Positions 36,043 through 45,316 are shown, numbered from the stretch's first letter. The stretch: 48,686 bases of DNA from Bacillota bacterium (GCA_029005175.1 JAQXFQ010000030.1:1-48686); one strand, 5' to 3'. Numbers and translations: made by a program. The notes: generated by a model not told the origin, from the sequence alone.

Positions 36043-37289
36043 TGATAATAACCCAGCCTTTCAGCAGCAGCAATTCCGGCACATCGCCCTGTGGAAAATG
36101 CTATCTGCAAGTTGTAGCCGCCCGTATGAGCGTCAACGTCAATAATCTCACCTGCGAAAAAAAGTCCTTCGACAAGCTTGGACTCCATTGTTCCCGGCTT
36201 GATTTGCGATACATCTATGCCTCCCGAGGTGATGATAGCCTCATCGATCGGGCGAAAACCTGTTATATTGAACTCAAAATTTTTCAGAAGTTCAACCAGC
36301 GTCATTCTCTGCTCGCGTTTTATTGAATTGACTTTTGTGTTATACGGAATGCCTGTCCTTTTAATTATAACCGAAATTAACTTTTGTGGCAAGAGTTTTG
36401 AAAGAGAATTTCCGAAATCTTTGTTAATATTTTCGCCGAAATCCCGCTGAATTCTCGCATCAAGCTGTTCAACGCTCAGAGCAGGCTTCAAATCTATTGA
36501 AATTTTATATTTTTTGTCAAGGTTTCGTATGTGCGAGCTTGCGCTGAGTATAACAGGACCGGACATTCCGAAATGTGTGAAAAGCATTTCGCCGAAATCA
36601 GTGTAAATCACCTTACCGCCGTCGGCTTCCCTGACCGTAATGGCGATATTTTTAAGTGACAGCCCCTGCGCGTCCCTGCAGTCTTTCTCCTGAATTACCA
36701 GCGGAACAAGCGACGGCTTGGCTTTAACTATATTATGTCCCGCTTCGCGTGCAAATCTGTATCCGTCCCCGGTCGAGCCTGTCAGCGGATAAGACATTCC
36801 GCCTGTTGCAATTATGCATGCAGAGCATTCATGAATTTCCCCGGAATCGAGCTTAACACTCTTTACGCAATTATCTTCATAATTGACATTCGTTACGGTT
36901 GCATTAATGAAATCAACGCCGTTTGAGCGACAGTATTTTATGAGAGCATTGTTTATATCCGCCGATTTATCTGACACCGGAAAAACTCTGTTGCCGCGTT
37001 CAACCTTTAGAGCAACTCCGTTTTGCTCAAAAAAATCCATGACGTCCTGTGGGGTGAATTTTGAAAATGAGCTGAACAGAAACTTAGGATTAACTGCCAC
37101 ATTTGCAAAAAAGTTGTCGCGTGTACAGTTGTTTGTTACGTTGCATCTTCCCTTACCTGTTATAAGTAATTTTTTGCCCATACGGGAGTTTTTTTCAATC
37201 AATGCGACATTCATTCCGCGCTCGGCGGCAGTTCCCGCAGCCATCATGCCCGCAGGTCCCCCGCCTATTACTATCAATTCATAATACAT
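36039..37289 (-). CDS. NAD(P)/FAD-dependent oxidoreductase, HI0933/BaiN-like family
   Basis: VIGGGPAGMMAA dinucleotide motif and ITGKGRCNVTN. 4-nt overlap with the cmk start. Confidence 0.85.
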   Translation of the reverse strand: MYYELIVIGGGPAGMMAAGTAAERGMNVALIEKNSRMGKKLLITGKGRCNVTNNCTRDNFFANVAVNPKFLFSSFSKFTPQDVMDFFEQNGVALKVERGNRVFPVSDKSADINNALIKYCRSNGVDFINATVTNVNYEDNCVKSVKLDSGEIHECSACIIATGGMSYPLTGSTGDGYRFAREAGHNIVKAKPSLVPLVIQEKDCRDAQGLSLKNIAITVREADGGKVIYTDFGEMLFTHFGMSGPVILSASSHIRNLDKKYKISIDLKPALSVEQLDARIQRDFGENINKDFGNSLSKLLPQKLISVIIKRTGIPYNTKVNSIKREQRMTLVELLKNFEFNITGFRPIDEAIITSGGIDVSQIKPGTMESKLVEGLFFAGEIIDVDAHTGGYNLQIAFSTGRCAGIAAAERLGYYQ

Positions 37290-38161
37290 TATTCAGCGTT
37301 TTCCTCCGGCTTCTGATAAATCTCATATTCGTCCCATATTTCTTCCATTTGGCGAAAGGTTTCGGATACTTCATGCTGATTTTTCTTGATTGCCGCTACT
37401 ATCAGCGCATTGGCCAAGCTCATAGGCGCAACCAGCGAATCGACAATTGAAAGCATATCGCTCTTGGCTATAAGCGGACATTCGGAATATTTCACTATCG
37501 GGGACGACATGCTGTCTGTGATGGCGATAATGTTAGCCCCCTTGGTGCATGCATACCTGAGCGCAGCTATGGCGCTGTTGCAGTATCTCGGAAAGCTTAT
37601 ACCGATAACGCAGGCTTGATTGTCCACATGCATCATCTGCGCCAATGTGTCGCTTTCGTTCGACGGATCTATAATAGCCACGTTTTTAAATAGCAGCTTG
37701 AGGTAATAGCCTAAAAATACAGCCAAAGCCTCTGCGCTTCTTGCGCCGAGAATGTAAATCTTTTCAGCTGAGCAGAGCAGCTCCACAGCCTTGTCGAAAT
37801 TCTCCTTTGAGGTTTCTTCAAGCGTTCTGCGAATTTTTTCTATGTCAGAGTTAAACACGCTGTCGAGAATTTCGGCATCTCCTATGCGGCTGCATGCCAC
37901 ATCTATGCGCTGCACGGAAGTAAGGCGGCTTCGTATCATTTCCTGCATAGCTTTCTGCAACGCAGGGTATCCCTCAAAGCCAAGCTCCATGGCGAAGCGA
38001 ACCACGGTGGACTCGCTTACACCTACCGTGCTGCCCAATTTGGAGGCCGTCAGAAATGCGGCCTTGTCATAATCCTCACAAATATACTTTGCAATACGCT
38101 TTTGTCCTTTGGAGAATTCGGAAAATTTTGAATTTATGGTATTAAAAAGCGAATCACTCAT
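37289..38161 (-). CDS. MurR/RpiR family transcriptional regulator (HTH + SIS domain)
   Basis: FSKGQKRIAKYI...LGSTVGVSESTVVRFAMELGFEGY and a SIS region. Its stop overlaps the next start (TAATG). Start set at MSDSLF because the longer ORF would span the smpB terminator. Confidence 0.85.
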   Translation of the reverse strand: MSDSLFNTINSKFSEFSKGQKRIAKYICEDYDKAAFLTASKLGSTVGVSESTVVRFAMELGFEGYPALQKAMQEMIRSRLTSVQRIDVACSRIGDAEILDSVFNSDIEKIRRTLEETSKENFDKAVELLCSAEKIYILGARSAEALAVFLGYYLKLLFKNVAIIDPSNESDTLAQMMHVDNQACVIGISFPRYCNSAIAALRYACTKGANIIAITDSMSSPIVKYSECPLIAKSDMLSIVDSLVAPMSLANALIVAAIKKNQHEVSETFRQMEEIWDEYEIYQKPEENAE

Positions 38162-38244
38162 ATACTCACCCCTAAACAACCTTAATAAGTTGAATTTTTC
38201 CGCTAAATTAATTTCTGTCGAAGAAAATTTTAATGCGAATTTTA

Positions 38245-38285
38245 ACGCAAACGGCACCCGCAATTATTAATTCTGCGAATGCCGT
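38245..38285 (-). terminator. Terminator-like hairpin after smpB
   Basis: On the minus strand, ACGGCATTCGCA pairs with TGCGGGTGCCGT (about 10 of 12 positions). The tail is T-rich. Confidence 0.45.
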
Positions 38286-38290
38286 ATTAT

Positions 38291-38761
38291 TTATTGATTT
38301 TTTTGCTTGATAGCGCGGTCTATAGTGCGCTGCGCGTCACGCTTGGCCATATCGGCGCGTTTGTCATAAAGCTTTTTGCCCTTGCAAAGCCCCACTTGAA
38401 CCTTTACAAGAGAGCCCTTGAAATACAGTGACAGCGGCACGATTGCATAGCCGGCCTGTTTGACCTCGCTGTAAAGATGTGCTATTTCCTTTTTGTGCAA
38501 AAGCAGCTTTCTGATTCTGAGCGGATTTACATTAAAAATGTTGCCTTGCTCATATGGACTGATGTGCATGCCCTTGATAAAAAGTTCACCGTTTTCAATG
38601 GCACACCACGCCTCTTTGATGTTTGCTTTGCCTTGCCTCAATGACTTGACCTCGGTACCGGTCAGTTCTATGCCTGCTTCATAACATTCCTCTACGAAAT
38701 ACTCATGAAAGGCCTTTTTGTTCTGAGCAATATTTCTATTGGAATTTTTATCCTTAGCCAA
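38291..38761 (-). CDS. smpB: SsrA-binding protein
   Basis: [13 protein letters not shown]...[13 protein letters not shown]...HISPY. TTG start 6 nt after GAGGTGA. Confidence 0.93.
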   Translation of the reverse strand: MAKDKNSNRNIAQNKKAFHEYFVEECYEAGIELTGTEVKSLRQGKANIKEAWCAIENGELFIKGMHISPYEQGNIFNVNPLRIRKLLLHKKEIAHLYSEVKQAGYAIVPLSLYFKGSLVKVQVGLCKGKKLYDKRADMAKRDAQRTIDRAIKQKNQ

Positions 38762-38772
38762 ATTCTGTCACC

Positions 38773-39372
38773 TCATAATTCACTGCGCCCATCTAAAGCG
38801 CGTTTAAGAGTTACTTCATCGGCGTATTCCAGATCTCCCCCTACAGGAATGCCATAAGCCAGTCTCGTAACCTTGATACCCAACGGCTTGATAAGCTTTG
38901 AAAGATACATAGCAGTAGCTTCCCCCTCAACGGTGGGATTGGTTGCCATGATAACCTCACTTACTCCGCCGGCATTGATTCTGGCAAGTAATTCCTTGAC
39001 GCAAAGCTGTTCAGGACCTATACCGTCCATCGGCGAAATACATCCGTGCAGTACATGATAAGTCGCGTTGAACTCATGTGTGCGTTCAAGTGCGATAACA
39101 TCCTTAGGTTCGGCAACCACACATATCACGGATTTATCTCTGGCAGGATTCGCGCAGACAGGACAAAGCTCCTCATCCGTAAGATTGCAGCACACAGCGC
39201 ACTTATGAATCTTTTTTTTTGCGTCAGTAATGGCATTGGCAAAGTTTTCAGCCTCAGACTGCGGCATGTCAAGCACATACAGAGCAAGTCTTTGGGCTGT
39301 TTTTTTGCCGATTCCCGGAAGTTTCTCAAACTGTTCTATCAGCTTGGTAAGCGGTGCAACACGATATGCCAC
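38773..39372 (-). CDS. recR: Recombination protein RecR
   Basis: [13 protein letters not shown] helix-hairpin-helix, C4 zinc finger [16 protein letters not shown], Toprim region. Confidence 0.95.
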   Translation of the reverse strand: MAYRVAPLTKLIEQFEKLPGIGKKTAQRLALYVLDMPQSEAENFANAITDAKKKIHKCAVCCNLTDEELCPVCANPARDKSVICVVAEPKDVIALERTHEFNATYHVLHGCISPMDGIGPEQLCVKELLARINAGGVSEVIMATNPTVEGEATAMYLSKLIKPLGIKVTRLAYGIPVGGDLEYADEVTLKRALDGRSEL

Positions 39373-39726
39373 TTAGAATCCCATTCCCGGAAGTGAGAGT
39401 CCGCCTGTTACAGCGTTCATCTTTTCTTCCTTGTCAGCATTAATGTTGCGTATTACTTCATTTACAGCTCCTGTAATCATATCTGCCAGAAGTTCGGAAT
39501 CTTCAGGGTCTATAACCTCAGGGCTGATTGTGAGATTGGTGATCTGGAGACTGCCGAGCATTGTAACTGATACGGCATTTCCGCCTGTAGTTGCTGTATA
39601 TTCCTTTTCTTCAAGCTCAGCGGAAACCTTTTCCATTTCCTCCTGAATCTTCTGTGCCTGCTTGGCAATCTGGTTCATATTGGTAGCAGAGCCTGAACCG
39701 TAACCCTTAGGTAATCTTGATTTCAT
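39373..39726 (-). CDS. ybaB: YbaB/EbfC family nucleoid-associated protein
   Basis: MNQIAKQAQKIQEEMEKV...GGNAVSVTM...; conserved position between dnaX and recR. Confidence 0.9.
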   Translation of the reverse strand: MKSRLPKGYGSGSATNMNQIAKQAQKIQEEMEKVSAELEEKEYTATTGGNAVSVTMLGSLQITNLTISPEVIDPEDSELLADMITGAVNEVIRNINADKEEKMNAVTGGLSLPGMGF

Positions 39727-39738
39727 AATAAAGTCCTC

Positions 39739-41409
39739 CTAATTTTCTTCTACTTCAATACCAGCCTCCGCCGCCCTCTGCTTTATAGCGTCAACCGGCG
39801 AAACAGTATTTGGATTTTTATTATATTGAACGCCTCCCGACGGACTGTATGGTCCTAATCGACAGTCGATTCCTGCAATTTGTTTTATAATTCCTCTGAT
39901 GGATTCCTTGACCTGGGAATTACGCAGCATATCACGCCCGAAGCCGTTAGTATCAATCAGCAGATATTTACCGTTTATATAAGCGCGCGAGTCAGCCAGC
40001 ACGCTGTACGCAGGCTTATTTACCGTCTGAAGCAGTTCCAGAGCCTGATTCCACTGAGCAAACGGCTTTGCCGCATTACTGAGTTCGCTGACGCTGACAG
40101 ACGCTTTTGAAACATCTGTTTCGGATTTTTCGCCCGGTTCAGACGTACTGCCCAAAATCGGAATCGTTCCTGTTCTCACCGAAGATACTGCACTCATTCC
40201 CGAGCGCAAAGCTCTTTCCAGAGCCTCCACCCGTGAAAGCAGCGCATTAATTGCGCCGCTGTTATCAACAGCTCTTACGCTTGCAGTTGCTGCGGATTTG
40301 TTTCCCGAATCATCGGTACACGGGTTCTCGGATATACCGCATATTCTTATGAGAACAGTCTCCATTTCAACTCGTTTATTTACGCCGCGTGACATTATTT
40401 CATAGGCTGTCTGCAGTGTATTCAAAATGGCAATTGACTGTGGCGCGGTGAATTTTGATGCATGCTGTTTCAGTTCGCTCAGTTCAGCGTCCGAAGCCAT
40501 AATCAAGCCATCTGAGTTTTTAACTGTGCATAATATCATTATGTTGCGGAAATATCCAATTAATTCGTCGCACAGTCTGAGCATATCCTTTGAATTACTG
40601 TACAACTCGTTTATCAGCCGCATCAATGCCTCTGAATCCTTATTTGCTATGTGTTCGGCAATTTCATTGATATAGCCCGTACCGGCGATTCCCACAGTTT
40701 CACATACAGTCAGTGCGTTTACCTGTTTGCTGCGACCCATAGCCTGATCGAGAAGGGATATTGCGTCACGCATGCCGCCGTCAGCAAGGCGCGCTATCAT
40801 AAATGCGGCTTCATCGTCTATGTCTCCGTCCTCTTGCGCAGCGATGAATTTCAGCCTGTCTGCAATGGCGCGCGGCTGAATACGGTGAAAATCGAATCGC
40901 TGACATCTGGAGAGGATCGTTGCAGGCAATTTATGCGGCTCAGTGGTCGCCAAAATAAACAGCACGTAGGACGGGGGTTCCTCAAGTGTTTTCAGCAGTG
41001 CGTTGAACGCCTCCTGCGTCAGCATGTGAACTTCGTCAACTATGAAAACACGGTATTTAGCCTGTGCGGGAGTATAACGGATTTCCTCCATCAAATCGCG
41101 TATATCCTCAATCTTGCGATTTGAAGCGGCATCCATCTCCACTATGTCCATTATGCTTTCATCATCAATGCCGCGGCATATCTCACATTGACCGCAGGGA
41201 TCACCGTTTATGGGATTAAGACAATTGACCGCTTTGGAAAATATCTTGGCGCAGGTAGTTTTACCTGTGCCTCGAGAGCCTGTAAAAAGATAGGCGTGCG
41301 CTATACGTCCCGACTGAATTTCATTTTTAAGAGTTTCGGTGACATGAGGCTGCCCCACCACATCAGCGAAGGTTTTCGGTCGCCACTTGCGGTAAAGAAC
41401 CTGATACAT
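39739..41409 (-). CDS. dnaX: DNA polymerase III subunits gamma/tau
   Basis: YRKWRPKTFADVVGQ, GSRGTGKTT, zinc module CGQCEIC, DEVHML, SRCQRF. ATG lies 8 nt after GGGAGG. Confidence 0.93.
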   Translation of the reverse strand: MYQVLYRKWRPKTFADVVGQPHVTETLKNEIQSGRIAHAYLFTGSRGTGKTTCAKIFSKAVNCLNPINGDPCGQCEICRGIDDESIMDIVEMDAASNRKIEDIRDLMEEIRYTPAQAKYRVFIVDEVHMLTQEAFNALLKTLEEPPSYVLFILATTEPHKLPATILSRCQRFDFHRIQPRAIADRLKFIAAQEDGDIDDEAAFMIARLADGGMRDAISLLDQAMGRSKQVNALTVCETVGIAGTGYINEIAEHIANKDSEALMRLINELYSNSKDMLRLCDELIGYFRNIMILCTVKNSDGLIMASDAELSELKQHASKFTAPQSIAILNTLQTAYEIMSRGVNKRVEMETVLIRICGISENPCTDDSGNKSAATASVRAVDNSGAINALLSRVEALERALRSGMSAVSSVRTGTIPILGSTSEPGEKSETDVSKASVSVSELSNAAKPFAQWNQALELLQTVNKPAYSVLADSRAYINGKYLLIDTNGFGRDMLRNSQVKESIRGIIKQIAGIDCRLGPYSPSGGVQYNKNPNTVSPVDAIKQRAAEAGIEVEEN

Positions 41410-41465
41410 ATGCACACCCTCCCAAAAACAAAATCAATCAGTGTATGATTGCGGGCAATAAAATA

Positions 41466-41626
41466 AGACAGAATTTCATGCACATCGCCATACGGACACC
41501 AGATTGACTGCGGCGCACAAGACTAACCGCTTAATGCTGCTCGGTTCCCCGCCTGACATGGTTCACAGCGCCCTGTCGCACAGGATCCGGCATCCGCATG
41601 TCGATATGCACGAATATATTCTGTCT
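41466..41626 (-). ncRNA. ffs: Signal recognition particle RNA (4.5S/scRNA-type, ~161 nt)
   Basis: The minus strand reads ...CCAUGUCAGGCGGGGAACCGAGCAGCAUUAAGCGG..., the conserved domain IV motif with a GGAA tetraloop. The ends AGACAGAAU/AUUCUGUCU pair to close one long helix. Its position upstream of dnaX matches the Bacillus synteny. Confidence 0.85.
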
Positions 41627-41835
41627 TTATTAAGCATATTCAAGAAATGAGATAAATACGCTCCAATTGAACTGCTTGAATATTATAATATACTTTTCTT
41701 GAAATTTCAACTGTTTTTTGATAGAAATTTTTTATTTTTTTGTAAAAACTAAAAAATCATTTACAAAACACTGAATTTAAGGCGTTTTCAATCTCAAAGA
41801 TATAGGGAAATGCTGATTAAGTGGTTTGATTTGTT

Positions 41836-42711
41836 TTACACCAAGTCAACAACCAATTCAGATTTTATTCCCGAAATGCTGAGTATATTTTCACTCTCGG
41901 GACTGTCACAGGGTTCGCAGCTCTCTCCGTCTTTCTGGCAGCATATACTGCATCCGCGTCCCTTATTGAGCAGTCGGAAATCAGAATCTTCGGGAATGTG
42001 TACAATAGACGCTGCGTTCCACTGGTTTAAATCCAGCCTTCCGTGAATCGCATCGACAGTAATGTCGTAATCCGTTTTAGCGGTGAATTCAAGGCTTCCT
42101 ATACAATTAACAACAGTTACATTTTCGGCGTCGCCGTCATATTCCAGACGTTCGAGTACCAGATTGACCAGATGCAGTTCCTTTGCGGATGCTTCAAGTT
42201 CGCAATGCTTAGTGTGATTTATAGGAAGTGTAATTGTAACAGAGAGCATGTCGGTTATCTCAAACTTGTTGAGTTCATTTTTCTTGTCACATTCAACATC
42301 CAGCTTGTTTCGGTTTTCGTTCAGCTTTATTTTGAAGAGTGAGCCAATATTTTCAAGTGTTTCTGAGGCGAGGTCAATGTGCAGTTTTTCATCTGTGCCC
42401 GAACATATTGTGATAGTTTTTGCGTTGCCCAAATGAATATCAAAATGCTTGCTGCAATCAATATCGTAAATTGTCTCGCTGTGGTAAGTGGGCTTTCTGA
42501 TTTTGTTTTGCGGCATTGCCTGTGAAACCAACTCATCTAAAGTTGTCTTGAATATCTCCGCAAGAATCATCATGTTCTCAATGTCGGGCAAACCCTTGCC
42601 TGTTTCCCATTTTGTGATTGCCTGTCGGGATACGCCGATCTTTTCAGCAAGCTGCTCCTGAGAAAGCCCCTCGTTTTTTCTTATTTCTTTCAATTTCTGA
42701 CCAAAATCCAT
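41836..42711 (-). CDS. XRE-family HTH regulator with ~220-aa C-terminal beta-rich domain (possibly DUF4097-like) and a Cys-rich tail
   Basis: N-terminus: FGQKLKEIRKNEGLSQEQLAEKIGVSRQAITKWETGKGLPDIENMMILAEIF. C-terminal tail: GRGCSICCQKDGESCEPC. Confidence 0.8.
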   Translation of the reverse strand: MDFGQKLKEIRKNEGLSQEQLAEKIGVSRQAITKWETGKGLPDIENMMILAEIFKTTLDELVSQAMPQNKIRKPTYHSETIYDIDCSKHFDIHLGNAKTITICSGTDEKLHIDLASETLENIGSLFKIKLNENRNKLDVECDKKNELNKFEITDMLSVTITLPINHTKHCELEASAKELHLVNLVLERLEYDGDAENVTVVNCIGSLEFTAKTDYDITVDAIHGRLDLNQWNAASIVHIPEDSDFRLLNKGRGCSICCQKDGESCEPCDSPESENILSISGIKSELVVDLV

Positions 42712-42980
42712 AATGTTTTAATCTCCAATCTTCTAAAAAATTTATTCCTTTTTGTAACGATTTTTTGTACGGTCACTCGACCGTCGGGATGTTATGATTA
42801 TAGCATCCGGCAAGAAAATCCACTACCAACATAGCATTACATTTACAGAAAATTTATGCTACTCAGCGTAGCATTGGGCGCCGGCTTTACAAAATAGAAA
42901 CTTATTCCTCATAATACAACAACCACACACACTTTTGCCATGCAAGCCAAGTGTGCGTGATTGTGAATATTTATATTAAA

Positions 42981-44444
42981 TCAAAAATTATCTGAAACAA
43001 TAAATGACGTGTGCTTCAATTTATCTGCCAATTCCATGCGCCTTGGAGTGATTATTTTTCTTTTGCCGGTGCCGTTAAATAATATTTCGACTTTTTTTGA
43101 AAAATTAACGCTGTCTGAGTATTCCTCAATCAAAAATTCCGCCGAATATTTGTTCAATATTCGGAATGTGGTCATCATTCCTATTCCGCTGCCGCCGTCG
43201 TTGATATGAGTAGTTATTCGCTTGCTTCCAATATTTTTAAGCACTTCTATGTCGAAATTTTCGCCGCTGTCGTGTATAGTGATAATGTATATTGAATCTA
43301 CAGCACTTATACTTGCCATTACAAATTTATTAGAGCATTTTTTCGTGGATATTATTGCATTTTCTATCAAATCTGCCAGCAGTGTATTTAAATCATCCTT
43401 GTCAATCACATTTTCGACCATATAATTAACATCTGCTGACAAACATAAATCAAACCTCACACCGAACTCGGCGGCTTTTTGCTGCATATAAAATATTATA
43501 GCGTCTGTAGAGACTATTCCGACAGATGGTTGTTTTTTCTGAGTTAATTCATAATTTCTTACGGAATTCATATGCCCATCACAGATACTTTCGAGTTGCT
43601 TGAGAATATCTGATATTTCAGAACTGCCGCCGCTTTCGGAGATATGTTTTTTTACTGCCATTATCATGGCGGGAATCAGCTTGTTATCTCTGTGAATAAT
43701 GCCTGATAAATTTTCATTGTCTGCCTGCAGCGATTTTATAAGCTCATCTTTTTCTTTTATGGAATGTTCTAGCAACTCTATTTCTTGATTTTTCGTTTGT
43801 TCAATATACAATTTGGTTATTTGGTTTTTGCGCCAAAAAAATAAAGTGATACTGCAGACCAAACTCAAAAAAATAGGAATAACGTACACAATGTTTGAGT
43901 ATCTAGTCATGCTAAGCATAACGACAACCAAAAATATAATTACTGAAATATAAATTCCAACATCGCTCGAGCCGGCATTTATTAAATGTAAAAGACCTCT
44001 TTTCATTCGCTTTGACTTTATAGAAAGCATAGTGAATATAATCTGTGCCGCCGCAATAGAGGAAAATAATACTAATTTATCAGATTTATATTCAAAATTC
44101 ATATTAAACAGATTGAATACAAACGATAAGGGAATACATGCCAGCATAAGTGAAGCATAACTGAATCCAAACGACAATACAGAAGAAATAAAGGAGTGAC
44201 TTAATTTTATATGATAAATCAAGCAATAAACCAGTGGAAAGGCAGTATGAATTAATGTTATATGTATGAAACTAAAGTGCAATTTGCAAATACATGCTAT
44301 GAACCCCATAATAATAGAAACTGCCGTTCCCATGATAAATTCATTCCTGTTAATATCATTGCTCTGTGATTTTATATATATATAAAACGCACAGAAAAAC
44401 GTAGCGCAATATTTAATAGCTGATGTAATCAATTGTATCACCAT
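42981..44444 (-). CDS. Sensor histidine kinase, AgrC-like (about 7 TM + GHKL ATPase)
   Basis: About seven hydrophobic segments in the first 210 aa, then a coiled-coil linker. H-box GIIHRDNKLIPAM, N-box LLADLIENAI, G1 IHDSGENF, G2 DGGSGIGMM. No obvious SD before the ATG. Confidence 0.8.
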   Translation of the reverse strand: MVIQLITSAIKYCATFFCAFYIYIKSQSNDINRNEFIMGTAVSIIMGFIACICKLHFSFIHITLIHTAFPLVYCLIYHIKLSHSFISSVLSFGFSYASLMLACIPLSFVFNLFNMNFEYKSDKLVLFSSIAAAQIIFTMLSIKSKRMKRGLLHLINAGSSDVGIYISVIIFLVVVMLSMTRYSNIVYVIPIFLSLVCSITLFFWRKNQITKLYIEQTKNQEIELLEHSIKEKDELIKSLQADNENLSGIIHRDNKLIPAMIMAVKKHISESGGSSEISDILKQLESICDGHMNSVRNYELTQKKQPSVGIVSTDAIIFYMQQKAAEFGVRFDLCLSADVNYMVENVIDKDDLNTLLADLIENAIISTKKCSNKFVMASISAVDSIYIITIHDSGENFDIEVLKNIGSKRITTHINDGGSGIGMMTTFRILNKYSAEFLIEEYSDSVNFSKKVEILFNGTGKRKIITPRRMELADKLKHTSFIVSDNF

Positions 44445-44477
44445 TTAAATTTAAATAAAAAATATTTTGCTGTCAAT

Positions 44478-45266
44478 TCAATAATCATTTTTTATCTTGT
44501 TGGCATAATAACATATAAATTCCGTAAGGGTAGGAACGCCTTTCTTTGAACTTATCTTAGCTGTATAGTGAGTAAGCAGATCGGTTATATCCGCTGTGCT
44601 CCATGCACGGCAGATCGCGTTTTGCATGGCGCGCTCCACGCTGCTTTCGGTTTTACCGTATTTCTGCCCTATCAGCGTGCAGACATTCTGTATCGGCTGT
44701 TTTATAAACATCAAAATGGCGTCGACCAGATACTGATAGCCAACTGCTTTGGGACTTATTGAAACATTATCCAACTCAGTGCATATTCTCTTGATTATCC
44801 TGTTTTCTTTTTCCTGCGGTGTTTCATTAACCACATTGATGTGACTACAGACATTTGCCTTGCGGTTGTTTATGACTGATGACATCATAGTCAGAAAATC
44901 AATTACACTTGCAGTGGAATAGCCCTCCTGGTGCTTATACATTATAAAATCCGCGCCGAGCTGCCTGGCATAATCATATGTTGTCGAACTGGAATTGTTG
45001 GTAGTAATTAATATGAATGGAGGCGGATTGAGTGATAATTGCCTTAATTCTTTCAAAAACAGCAGCCCGTTTCCCGAACCGTAATGCAGTTCTAAATCCA
45101 AAATAACGACATCAGGCAGATAATCCATTACATACTCGATTGCCTTTGATGAACTGTTGGTAGACTTGATAAGGGTTATATTTTCAACTCTGTTTATAAA
45201 ATTTTCAAATTCCTGACACACTGAAGCATCGTCTTCCACTAAAATTACAGATAATTTATTATTCAC
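44478..45266 (-). CDS. Response regulator with Spo0A-type C-terminal DNA-binding domain (Spo0A paralog-like)
   Basis: Receiver: VILVEDD...VVILDLEL...ILITTNN...FIMYK. C-terminus: VGYQYLVDAILMF...IGQKYGKTESSVERAMQNAICRAWS...KKGVPTLTEFICYYANKIK, which aligns with B. subtilis Spo0A-C as I remember it ([25 protein letters not shown]...KPTNSEFIAMVADKL). GTG start 5 nt after GGGGTGA. Confidence 0.8.
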   Translation of the reverse strand: MNNKLSVILVEDDASVCQEFENFINRVENITLIKSTNSSSKAIEYVMDYLPDVVILDLELHYGSGNGLLFLKELRQLSLNPPPFILITTNNSSSTTYDYARQLGADFIMYKHQEGYSTASVIDFLTMMSSVINNRKANVCSHINVVNETPQEKENRIIKRICTELDNVSISPKAVGYQYLVDAILMFIKQPIQNVCTLIGQKYGKTESSVERAMQNAICRAWSTADITDLLTHYTAKISSKKGVPTLTEFICYYANKIKNDY

Positions 45267-45287
45267 AAAATTCACCCCATTAATCAA

Positions 45288-45316
45288 ATAATACCATAAA
45301 ATATACTCAAAAGCAA
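45288..45316 (-). promoter_or_regulatory. Putative promoter of the regulator-kinase operon (TTGCTT-17 nt-TATTAT)
   Basis: Hexamers read directly from the minus strand. Confidence 0.45.

Noticed and set aside
38216-38222. A TGTCGAA (Spo0A 0A-box) heptamer upstream of the MurR-like gene.
   Set aside because: It is a single 7-mer, and several are expected by chance in ~97 kb of two-strand sequence. There is no cluster of boxes and none in the Spo0A-like regulator's own promoter region.
38162-38290. Looked for tmRNA (ssrA) next to smpB.
   Set aside because: Only ~130 nt of non-coding sequence is available, and a terminator hairpin and a promoter region occupy it. That is too short for a ~350-nt tmRNA, and no tRNA-like end was seen.
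41720-41770. AT-only hairpin TTTGTAAA...TTTACAAA, considered as a terminator for the XRE gene.
   Set aside because: The U-run would lie on the wrong side of the stem for either strand, and an 8-bp A/T-only stem is weak.
42712-42980. Possible AgrD-like autoinducing-peptide gene near the AgrC-like kinase. Candidates were the minus-strand MRNKFLFCKAGAQCYAE (17 aa) and the plus-strand MIIASGKKIHYQHSITFTENLCYSA (25 aa).
   Set aside because: Neither has a convincing RBS. There is no amphipathic leader or acidic tail typical of AgrD, and no agrB-like gene in the window. The same applies to 45267..45440.
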